From the NCBI GenBank assembly GCA_036785375.1, contig JAWMAR010000276.1, positions 1,922,001 to 1,986,000 of the forward strand: a stretch of DNA of 64,000 nucleotides, in the 5' to 3' direction. Below the pieces are notes generated by a model. That model saw only the letters and a program-made list of their open reading frames with translations, was not told where the DNA came from and did not search any database. Each line of letters begins with the position of its first letter. Within the stretch, counting starts at the first letter, position 1. Below, one piece after another: positions 24,441-35,500 of this stretch. The DNA comes from Leucoraja ocellata. Taxonomy: Eukaryota. Both the position numbers and the translations under genes were made by a program.

Positions 24441-25599
24441 ATGTTGATCCTTTATTTTAACTGGGCAGCAGGGATAAGCCAGGTAACCTGCAGACTGGTG
24501 AACATGATGTAGCAGGGACATTACTGGGGAAATGATAAGTACAATGAGAGCGGATCAGGGATGGGCAGCGTATACATTTGTTCACACTCATTTGATTGAG
24601 TATTTTGAGGCGTTAACTAAGAAGATCACTGAAGGCAGAGTAGTAGCCATTATCTGCTTGGACTTCGGTATGGTATTTGACAAGGTCCCATATGGTGGGT
24701 TTGTCCAGAAGGTCAAGGCACATGGGATTCAAGATGAGCTGGCAAATTGGATTCAAAATTGGCTTGGTGATGGAGACAGAGGGGAGTAATGGATGGAGAC
24801 ACGAGGAACAGTAGCTGTTGGAAACTTGAGAAAAATAAAGTGCTGGACTAACATAGAGGATCAGGCAGCTTCACTGGAGAATATGGATAGGTGACGCTTT
24901 GGATCGAGACCCTTCTTCAGACTGATTTTAGTACCGATATTAGATTCATATTTCAATTAATAATTCAATTCCCAGCATGAATTTTCAAAAGCTGAACATA
25001 TTTTGAAAAATCTTTGACTCTACCCGATCTATTCCTCTCATGATTTTATACACCTGTATAAGATCACCCCTCTGGGAGGGTTTGTGCTGAGAGAGTCCCA
25101 ATCCTAAGTTTATGTTTTTTTTTGGTTTCTATAGAATCTACATTTGGCAGATACGACAGGGAGGGAAACATGTGGCCGAGCATCGCTTGCATTTGGACGT
25201 TACATGGTCAGTAAGCATTGGTTTAATTATTTGATGTAGGACTTAGTGCCTCTTCTCAGACACACTAACCTGGCAGTGGGGTGGTGGGGAGGAGGATAGA
25301 GAATGGAAGTTTGCACTCAAATTGCTAAAAACATTGTATCTTCAAACCATTTTGTTAGTAAAGTATCACAGGGTTAATCCGCTCTTTCTGGGGCTAAAAG
25401 AAAATAATGTCACAGGTGAAGTGAGTGCTTCTACATCTTGTCCACAGTACACAGAGTTACATTGTCGTAAAACACGGATGGAATTGAAAGCAGTTTCTCC
25501 AAGAGATTAACTGTTACAACTAGGTAGACAGACAGAACATCAAGCCTCTCTGTGTCAATAATCAGATTTAGATATTAACATTTGTCAGGATGGTGTGAT

Positions 25600-26075
25600 A
25601 TAGTACACAACACGCACACCAGAGATGTTAGACAGTGTTCAACACGAGAATAGACACATACCAGTTGCATGTACAATATACAAAAAAAAGAACACATGTT
25701 GCAGTTGAGTTAGACAGGTTGCAATATCAGAAAACACACCTGATGTGTTAGATAGTGTACATGAAGGCATGGACACACCTGGTATATGAGACATATATGA
25801 TAATGTGAGATATGAGAAAACACACACCAGCTGTATTAGAAGATGTGACATTAGATTGCACAGAAATGCAGTATATGGATAATTTCGTGTAGACAGACAC
25901 ACATACCTGTAGAGTTACAGGCTGCAGTTTCAGGAAACACAACGGGCGTGTTAGACAGTGTGTCACAGGAAGGCACAAACAGCAAGTGTGTTAGAGAGTG
26001 TGCAAGAGGACGACAAACACATCAGGTGAGTTAATGCGATGCAAGCACATACTCCGGGTGTGTTAGGCAGTGGGA
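25600..26075. repeat. Degenerate minisatellite, ~40-bp period
   Basis: Recurrent ACACACC.G.TGTGTTAGACAGTGT-like unit, roughly 10 copies. Confidence 0.6.
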
Positions 26076-27659
26076 CATGGGAATGTTATTAAAAAAAACT
26101 GCCAGCGAAGGTTATAGTAAATAAAGTCATGGTTTACACAGAAACATTGAATGTTTGTAACTTCACAAACCCAGTTGTAAACTGCTGGCATCATTTTAAA
26201 TAAAATATTAATTTTCTGACTGTGTCAAGTGTGAAATTTACTCGAGTCTTTTAGGAACAAATCCTAGTAATCCCGTACAGCAAACAAAAGGTTTGGTCAT
26301 TCAGTGATCAGTTCTGCCCACCCAGAGTTCTGGAGAGAGTCTGGCCCTTGGAGAAAATAGAGATAGTAATCACCACTTGATTTGTCTCACTCTGTTTAAA
26401 TGGGTAGACACCACCCAAACTCACAACATATTCTTCAAACCCACCCCTTCTCTCACAATATTCGTCAAGATCCTCTACCTCTGCACCATATCTTTCATTG
26501 CACCAATCATGCCCCCACGTATCTCGTGCAGAAAGGAACTGCAGATGCTGTTTGAACTGAAGACAGTCACAAATGCTGGAGTAACTCAGCGGGACAGGCA
26601 GCACATCTGGAGAGAAAGAATGGATGATGTTTCAGGTCGAGATCCTTCTGAAGATATCACACGAGTGTCTCCCTCCTTTCAGCACAGATCTCAATATTAA
26701 CCACACATCAGGAAATGACTTCACTGGATCATTGAAAATTATTATAAGCCAAGTCTACTCATTTCAGTATTTCCCTTTCCATTTTTTTTTTTGGGCAGCA
26801 CATTCCAGGTCATAGCAGCTTGATGCAAATTTATACCAAATTAGCTAAATTGTTAGAGGACATGGATCTGGGTCTTTGGACAACACCCTGTAGAGATAAA
26901 CAGAATGGAAGAATTTAGATCAATGGGAAAAGAGCCATTACACTGTACCATTGCACTTCCCTTTGAGTAACGCAGTTTCATATATCTGATCCCTGGAACT
27001 TCTCTTGCATTTCCCTTAAATTTAGTTATTGAGGGGAAGCCATCTGGGAATCTTGGATTAGCTGCAGACAGACACGTCTGTGACAGGAGTTAGGAAGCAA
27101 GTTGATCCTCTCTGGCAACTCTCCATAATCCCTGCCAGGTGGGTTGAAGTACTCTAGATGATTAACAAGGGGGATTAATCGCTGGATCAGCAGCAGCGAC
27201 CCGGCTGGTTCTGGCTCACTGACACTGAAGGCAGCAAGAAAATTACTCCCGTTGTTGAAATCGCCTAATTAACCCCAATTATGAATTGAGGCTAATTTTT
27301 TTTTTAAGATTAGTTTTAGTTATTAAACTGGGAGATGGGGGGACTTTTTCCAGCTGAGATGTTGTATAGAGCTATGCAGGTAGATGTAGGCTCGGTGAGG
27401 TAAGGTTCAGTCAGGACATTGCTGTGCACATTGTTCTTCTCATTCTGCACCCTGAAGCAGTATTCAACCCAGTAACTGCTCACTGTGTGTCAGTTACCGT
27501 GACTTTGCTCTCTATGATAGTGCACCTGCATTATACTTAAATAAACTACTACCATGAAACATTCACCAACTGCAGCTCCGACTGTGTCAGAGGTATGAAT
27601 ATTTTACAGATGCTATGCAGTACATTTGTGAAAAAAGACAATTGTTTATTGTTGCACCC

Positions 27660-27955
27660 CTCACAGAACATACATGAATGCACACAAACATGTATAGAAA
27701 AGCAAACATAGACGTGTATGCACATACAATGTACAAGTGCAACGCACAGCTGAATTCCTACATTTGCACACATTCATGTAAAAGACAAATATATATATAA
27801 AGACCCATATATGAACAAATCCTTGCACAGGCACAGCTACACAACAAGCATGTACACACATAGGCACGCATTTAAAACATACTGATGTACTTGATTACAC
27901 ATATGAACCTATTCATGTAAAATCATAAACAAATATAGACACATATAACATGCAA
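27660..27955. repeat. Degenerate (CA/TA)-rich simple repeat
   Basis: Alternating purine-pyrimidine ACAT/ACAC runs. Confidence 0.6.
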
Positions 27956-28119
27956 TGAATCCTGAGCTACACACCTGTGGTGTACATGGTGACCTTCCAT
28001 TGTGTGGTCATGAGCAGGGACAGTATTACTCATACTGGATTCCTGGCGTCAGGACAAGAGAAATGGTTCAAGGAGATGACGACCTGTTGCTGCAGCGGAT
28101 CATTACACGTACAAATTTC

Positions 28120-28447
28120 CTGTCTATGTTCCCAATGTTGGGCGAGTCCAGAACCAGGGGCCACAGTCTTAGAATAAAGGGGAGGCCATTTAAGACTGAG
28201 ATGAGAAAAAACTTTTTTACCCAGAGAGTTGTGAATTTATGGAATTCCCTGCCACAGAGGGCAATGGAGGCCAAGTCACTGGATTGATTTAAGAGAGAGT
28301 TAGATAGAGCTCTAGGGGCTAGTGGAGTCAAGGGATATGGGGAGAAGGCAGGCACGGGTTATTGATAGGGGACGATCAGCCATGATCACAATGAATGATG
28401 GTGCTGGCTCAAAGGGCCGAATGGCCTCCTCCTGCACCTATTTTCTA
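28120..28447 (+). mobile_element. CR1 3' end
   Basis: FFTQRVVNLWNSLPQRA followed by GATCAGCCATGATC...GGCCGAATGGCCT...TTTTCTAT. Confidence 0.85.
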
Positions 28448-28984
28448 TTCCACAGTTATAGTTTATTATCAAAACGAATGGTTTTCTTCACACAACTGTA
28501 GAAATGCAGAGCAGATTCATCAACATGTGCAAGGTGACGTGGTGGGGTTGCTGTCTTATTTTGAGATACTTCATTGATCTTCCCCCAAACACCTGTGAGC
28601 ATAATTGGCAAATGACCGTTTGAAGTTATCAGAAAAAATAATCTAAAACACTTGGCAGCAGAACTAATGAGAATCATTAAAATTTCCTCTGAATGATGAT
28701 GCAGTGATCTCTCAATTCTGAACAAGGGCCAGTCAAGATCATGCTCTTAATTCCACTCCAAAAGCCTACATTGACGCAGCATTTGTTACTTGGCTGGCCT
28801 ATCAGCCTGATTTCTAGCACGTTGCCTTCTAACATGGTCTGACACATGAGGAACCCTCGACCAGGAGATTGGCTCCTGTCTGCTCAGCTGGCAGAATTAT
28901 ATGGGAGCAAACAACCTGCCCCACTCACTTCAAAGTGGCCTCTTGAGGGAAAAATGGCAAGATTGGTATTTGGTAAAGTCCCCG

Positions 28985-29215
28985 AGAGTGTTTTATTGTC
29001 ATATGTCCCAGATAGAACAATTAAATTCTTGCTTGCGGCAGCACAACAGAATATGTAAGCGTAGTACACTGTAAACAATATAATAAACAAGAACACTTCA
29101 GTGTGTGTATATGTACATATATATACACACAAATATATATATATATACACATACACACACATATATATATATATATTATACACATAAAAAACAAACAAAA
29201 GCCAATAATAGTGCA
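28985..29215 (-). mobile_element. Probable Rex/Babar-type LINE 3' tail with (TA/CA) microsatellite
   Basis: TTTATTGTCATATGT...AAATTCTTGCTTGC...CACAACAGAATATGTAA is a tail-like motif. Confidence 0.45.
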
Positions 29216-29259
29216 GATGTCTGAGTTTAGGAACATGTCTACACATATGATGGTGTGTG

Positions 29260-29690
29260 ACATGCCTGACACCCTGACTCCAGAAGACTGGAAGAACTCA
29301 GCGAGTCAAGCAGCTCCTGTGGAGGTAAAAGCTTTCCGTCGACGATTTGGGTCAAGATTCTATATCAGGACTGAAAGGGTAGAGGACAGGTTGCCGGTGG
29401 ATAGGAGCACATAGCGGGTTGGGGTAGCAGTCGTTAGGTGATAGGTGGAAGCAGATGCGGAGAGGGTGATGGGCAGGTGGGGGAGTGGGGACAGGACAGA
29501 AGCTGGTGGATGATCAGTGGAGACAGATGGGGTGGGAATGATGGGCAGATGGAACCAAGCCGGCAGAGGGAATGCAAGGATGAACAAAGGGAGAGGAAAA
29601 CCAGGTGGACAGGTGAGTGTGTGAGAGGAGTGCACTGAGCGTGTGGGTTACCTGAAATTTGGAAATTTAATATTCATACAATATTAATGT
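29260..29690 (-). mobile_element. Older Penelope-like 3' fragment
   Basis: Degenerate terminus (GAAGAACTCAGCGAGTCAAGCAGC), purine-rich UTR, and TTACCTGAAATTTGGAAATTTAATATTC (end of the endonuclease ORF). Confidence 0.6.
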
Positions 29691-30649
29691 AATTTGTTGT
29701 GTTTGTTAGTGCAGCCGTCCATAATAAAATAGAAATGGGATGGTGGTTAAAGAAACAGGATCAAAAGAATCATTACTGACAATAGAAACAGAAGGAAAAG
29801 AGAAAGCAGTGTCCAATCAGAAAGGGAAGGGCATGAGCAACAAGGCTGTTATTTTACTACAATGATATCACAAATCATCAGAGTGACATTCTGAATGTGG
29901 ATTAAAAAAAACCCTGGACTTAAAAATTAAATTATAGCTTTGTGCTTGCTTTCTTTATTCAGGACTATCATTATGGGCTCAACATCAGTACAGAGACAAA
30001 GGCTCAGCGCAGTTGACAGCTTGTATATTGTAGCAGGCCAGGTGGTTCTGGGTCTCACCTGAGCTACATGGAGAGGACTCATGGAATCAGTCTGGTGTCA
30101 GCTAAAGAATAAAATGGTTAAAGGAGGTTCAATCCACTTCCTATTGAGAATAACATAATTGGACTCAATTAGAGATGGCTAACAGATTTGACTCACTCAG
30201 AGATGAAAATCTGCACTTAATATTTCATGTGAAAATGAAAAAAAATTATGGACCAATAAACAGTTTAAAAACAAAAGTGACTGATTGATGTAAACCCAAA
30301 CGTATTTATTAAAGTGCTTTAGGAATAGGAATTTGCCATCTTCATCTTGTCTGCACAGCCCCAGTTATGGATCCATTTGTGATCATTTGTTAGGATCTTC
30401 TGCAGCTTTGAGCTGTTCCATTCTCTTCATCTTCCACTTCTACACTCCAAATGTCTAAAGAAAACTAAGTTTGGTATCATGCTCAACTAATCAGCTGTTT
30501 ATTCTTGCTTGTTGCCCTATTTGAATTATGTTATCCAATGCATTAGATGCAGAAGCCTGCTATTAGTGACTCCTGAATGTTCTGTGGAGCACTGGCAATA
30601 GGTTAAGTTAACAATCGGGCATTCCTGGAGATCTCTACATTCCTTGCGT

Positions 30650-30945
30650 TTGTTTGGTTTAAGAGATACAGCAGGGTAACAGGCACTTCGGCCCCACCGA
30701 TGCTGTACTTCCCGGCGATCCCTGTACACGAACACTATCCTACACGCTGCACAATTTTACCAAAGCCAATTCACCTACAAACCTGTAGGTCTTTATAATG
30801 TGGGAGGAAACCAGAGCACCTGGGGAAAACCCACATGATCACAGGGAGAGCGCACAAACTCCGTACAGACAGCAGCCATTGCCAGGATCAAACCAGACTC
30901 TGTGGCGCTGCAATGCAGCAACTCTAACGCTGTGCCACCATGCCA
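30650..30945 (-). mobile_element. V-SINE, reverse copy
   Basis: Same motifs as 22741-23051. Confidence 0.75.
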
Positions 30946-31028
30946 CCTATAGTTGCCTAGACTCTAAGCTCTGCCATTTACTCCATATACAATCTATTTC
31001 TCTGCTTAAAACCTACACAAAAAAAAAA

Positions 31029-31450
31029 CATAGGCCTTTTGGCCCTTCAAGCCAGCACCACCATTCAATATGATCATGGCTGATCATCTAAGATCGGTAC
31101 CCCATTCTTGCTTTCCCCCATATCCCTTGGTTCCTTTAGCCCTAAGAGCTAAATCTAACTCTCTCTTTAAAACATCCAGTGAATTGGCCTCAACTGCCTT
31201 CTGTGGCCGAGAATTTCACAGATTCAGAACTCTGGGTGAACACGTTTTTCCTCATCTCAGTCATAAATGGCCTACCCCTTATTTTTAATCGGGAACATTT
31301 TTCCTGCATCTAGCCTGTTCAATCCTTTCAGAATTTTCTATGTTTCTATAAGGTCCCCTCATCCTTCTAAATTACAATGAAAACAAGCCCAGTCGACCCA
31401 TTCTTTCATCACACATCAGTCCCGCCATCCTACGCTGCACTCCCTCAATA
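31029..31450 (-). mobile_element. CR1 3' end
   Basis: Reverse complement of the same 3' UTR and ORF2 end. Confidence 0.8.
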
Positions 31451-31889
31451 GCCTCTCGTGTTAATGAAGTGGATGTGAAAGTGGGATAACATAGAACTAG
31501 TGTGAATGGGCGATCCATGGCCAGCATGGACTGAGTGGGCTGAAGGGCCCGTTTCCATGCTCTCATCCTACAGTCACTTTCCCTAATGTCTCCAATATTG
31601 ATTCAATATCAAGGTTTCTCTGCCTAATACTCCTGTGAAATGCCTCAACGTATTTTATTACATTTGAGGCGCTAAGTGAGTCAAAGATTCACGTACAGAA
31701 ATGTTATAGCCGAGTTAGAGGCCATTCAACCCATCTTCTTGCTCCATGTAACCAGAGCACTCACCTGCCAATTTCCCTTGAAACTTACCAACCTTTTGCT
31801 TTCAAACGCGTATTCAGTTTGTCAAATACTTTGAATTTGCCTCCATCATTGCCCCCTTGGCAATGCATTACAGGTTCTAGCCACTTTTT

Positions 31890-32372
31890 CAGAGAAACAG
31901 AATGGAAACAGGCTCTTCAGTCCACAGTCCATGCTGACCACAGATCACCCATTCACACCAGTTCTATGTTATCCCACTTTCTCATCCACTTCCTTAACAC
32001 GAGGGACAATCTACCGAGGCCAACTAACCTGCAAAACTGCACGTCTCTGGGGTGTGGGAGGAAACTGGAGCATCTTGGAGGAAATCTATGCAGTCTTTTT
32101 TTAGTTTGGTTTGGAGACACAGTGTGGAAACAAGCCCTTTGGCCCATCGACTCCATGCCACCCAATGATCACCCGTTCTATCCAAAACACGAGGGACATT
32201 TTACAGAGGGCCAATTAACCAACAAACTGCAAGTCTTTAGAATGTGGGAGGAAACCGGAACATCCGAAGAAAACCCATGAGGTCAGATAGCATCGATAGT
32301 CAGGACCAAACCCAGGTCTGTGGCGCTGTGAGGGAGGCAGCAGCTCTACCAGCTGTGTCACAGTGCTGCCAA
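31890..32372 (-). mobile_element. Two tandem/nested V-SINE copies
   Basis: Two GTGGGAGGAAAC V-domain cores and two GGAAACA(A/G)GC tails. Confidence 0.7.
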
Positions 32373-32765
32373 GGTTCCATGATGTTGAAAACAATTGTGA
32401 ATGCCAGCAGTTGTTACTGAGGGAAGTAAAAACAGGAAAAAAGGGATTGTATGAGCTGCACCCGCTTGAATTCTGAGCTATGTTTCCAGTTATCATGGAT
32501 GGATTTTTATTTCCAACCACAAGCTGAGTTGCCAGGAAAACAGAATGGTTGGACCTTTGTATTTGCTTTGCTAAGCTGAGCATGGGATGGTCTCCCGCTG
32601 GGGCTGTTTGTACGCAAGCCGAGTACAATCTGAACTCCTGGCACCGTCTTCCACAGGTTGGGGAGAGGAAAGAGGTATTCCAGATCTTATCAAGCGTCTC
32701 CCCACCTCAAATCAGCCGCTCCTTCCCCTCAAAACCACACGTCCAATCAACACAAAAATTAATCT

Positions 32766-32860
32766 GTCTGAAGAAGGGTCTTGATCCGAAACGTCACCCT
32801 TTCCTTCCCTCCAGAGATGCTGCCTGTCCCGCTGAGCTACTCCAGCATTTTGTTTCTGTC
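32766..32860 (+). mobile_element. Penelope-derived mini-element with intact minimal hammerhead core
   Basis: GT-CTGAAGA-A-GGGTC-TT-GATCC-GAAA-CG-TC-AC at 32766-32797. Confidence 0.7.
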
Positions 32861-34199
32861 TGCCATTAACCAAGTCTGCTTAAAGCAGCACTTTGTTGGG
32901 AATTGGGGAAGTTTGTCACACTAGTATCTGATTGTCTGGTAGAAAATGGTGCTTCTCGTTGCCACCAATCCTTTCCACCATTGGTATCTGAGAGAGCTTC
33001 TCCTATAAGCAGCTAAACCTTGCCCAATACCCTTTCGTCTCCATTTCACCTTTAGCCTTTGTCACTTAGTGCACCCATTTGTCAATCAACCCTCCTTACT
33101 TGGATCCACCTATCTATTGCCAGGCCACAACCCTGCCCCCACCACTTCTCCAGCTTTCTACCCTCCATACTACAATCAGTTGTAGGGTCCCAACCTAAAA
33201 CATCATCTGTCCCCTACAGAGATGCTGCCTGTCCTGCTGAGTTCCTCTAGCACTTTGTTTTGATCATCTAATCCCTCTATATTAACTTCTAGGTGAAGCA
33301 TCGCAGGGTCACTCAGTACATCCACTAATTTCAGCTACGTAAGTATTCTAGATGAAGGGTGGGGCTCGTGGTGCATGAAAGGACACCCCTTTAAAAGTGT
33401 AGGAAGCTTAACTCCATGGATGAAAGGCTAAATTAGACGTTGGTTGTTTTATATAAACAAATAACAAAAAATTGAGGCAGCTGGTTAAATGCTGGGGTTG
33501 TTTACACAAAACAGGCCAACAGCCTGACTCATGCAGATGCACCAGAGGTGTACACAACTTCTTTTCGCATCCGAGACCGCAGAACCGAGTTTAAAGTGTG
33601 ACTCTGGTTGGTGGGACTGAAGGACGTGCGTCAGAACCCGTTTCAGATTTAGATCAATAGGATAAACCTTTCTTCTCACTATTAGTCATAACTGTCCCAA
33701 GTGGACATGAGCCTTAATTAGTTTGTCTACTTAAGTAACATATTCTCTAAGCTCCTGTACTGTAATTCAAACAACATTCCCATGAAACCCTGTCCCTACC
33801 CCATTCACAGTTCAATAGCACATTACCTTATGTAACAATAAAAAAGTTGCAAGATATTTTTTTAAAGATGACTTCAAGACAAGGGTGGAATTGATGAGCA
33901 CAAGTGAGATTAGGTAACCGGGAAATGTGGGTAAATAAACTCAATTGATCAAGCGATTTTATTCTATGTAAGATAATGAGAAATAAAAGCTGGCAATTCT
34001 ACGCACAAGGACATATGTTGCTAAATTAAACTGCAGGAGGGCAAATAAGTGAGTTCAACATATTTTGAGAAGCAAAGATGCTTTCTAAAGATTTCACTAT
34101 AAATTGTGATCAAGTAGAGTGTTTTAGAAAGATCTCAAATTATACCATGAATTTGGTTCAAAAACCATCACATCAAAAACCATAGAAATTGATTCACCA

Positions 34200-34495
34200 G
34201 GCAGTACAGTGCGCAACAGTTTGGAGAGCTGTTGTCTCACAGTGTTAGAGACCTGGGTTCGATCCTGACCTTGGGTACTAACTGCGTGGAGATTGCAAGT
34301 TCTTCCTGTGATTGCGTGGGTTTCCTCCTTCATCCTAAAGACGTGTGGGTTTGTAGGTTAATTGGCTGCTGTAAATTGTCCCTTACGTGCAGGGAGTGGA
34401 TGAGAAAGTGGAATAACATAGAACTAGTGTGAACGGGTGATCAATGATCGGGGTGGAACTTAGTGGGCCAAAAGGCCCGTTTCCATGCTGAATTT
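34200..34495 (+). mobile_element. V-SINE
   Basis: GGGTTCGATCC B-box, V-domain and GGCCCGTTTCCATGCTG tail. Confidence 0.75.
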
Positions 34496-35084
34496 CGAAA
34501 AACGAAAAATTGTACCAATACAGGATAAGACTGATGCTATACAAAATGTACGCGAATTGAGGAATGCTTCAAGATTCTCAAATTTAATTGTTCAGCAAAA
34601 TTTAAACATCAACGCAGGAAACAAGTTTATCATAAGTATGTAGGGCTTTAGCAAAGGGGTGCACATATTTTTTTTAAATCTTAACGGAATTAAGTAAAGC
34701 TCACTTCACAAAAGCTATAGTTGGTTTTCTTTGATGAATATATGACCTCTTCACAAATTTGTTATTCCAATAACATAATTTTGGAAAGTACACTGAAAAT
34801 TAAAAATATTCTAGCAAGAGTTTTTCCAATGAAAACTGGGTAATTCACGGAGCACAAACTGTATTAATAATACTAGTTTGCCATTTCCCCCTCTAATTGT
34901 CACTTGTCTCTTTATTCCATTATCTTGGCACGATAGTCCAGTGATTACCAAGGCTGAGGCCGAACTAGACCATTGTCAGCTTGATTCCAAAATAAGTTGC
35001 TCATCACCCAGCTACACCATCCACTTTTTCCCCTCGGGCCTCAGCTAATCTGCACCTGGAACCAACATCTGTACCTTTTATATG

Positions 35085-35500
35085 ACTGTAAGAAACCATC
35101 TGTACCTGATGATGTACCCGCTCACATTATCAAAACCTGCGAGGACCAACTGGCTAGAGTTTCTGAGGACATCATCAACCTCTCACTACTGAGGTTGAGG
35201 TTCCCACCTGCTTTAAAAGGGCATCAATAATACTCAGTGCCCAGGCAGAGTAAGGTGGACATGCGTTGAAGACCACCAACTGGTAGCACAAACATCCATG
35301 GGCGATGAGGTGCTTTGAGAGGTTGGGTATGGCACATATCAACTCCTACCTCAGCAAGAACCTGAACCCGCTACAATTTGCTTACCGCCACAATAGATCA
35401 ACAGGGGATGCGATCTTGCTGGCTCTCCACTGGATGACTTGGATAATAAAAACACATACGTCAGGCTGTTGATCATGGACTATAGCTCTGTGCTCAAGAT
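35085..35500 (+). mobile_element. Rex1/Babar LINE RT fragment
   Basis: KTCEDQLA...IINLSL, MRCFERL, PLQFAYRHNRSTGDAI and YVRLLIMDYSS. Confidence 0.8.

Larger units (their letters stand above)
24150..24790 (+). mobile_element. CR1 RT fragment
   Basis: LDFGMVFDKVPYG...KVKAHGIQDELANWIQNWL. Confidence 0.75.

Noticed and set aside
25600-26075. CRISPR-like repeat-spacer appearance
   Set aside because: The context is vertebrate, the repeats are highly degenerate with irregular spacing, and there are no cas genes.
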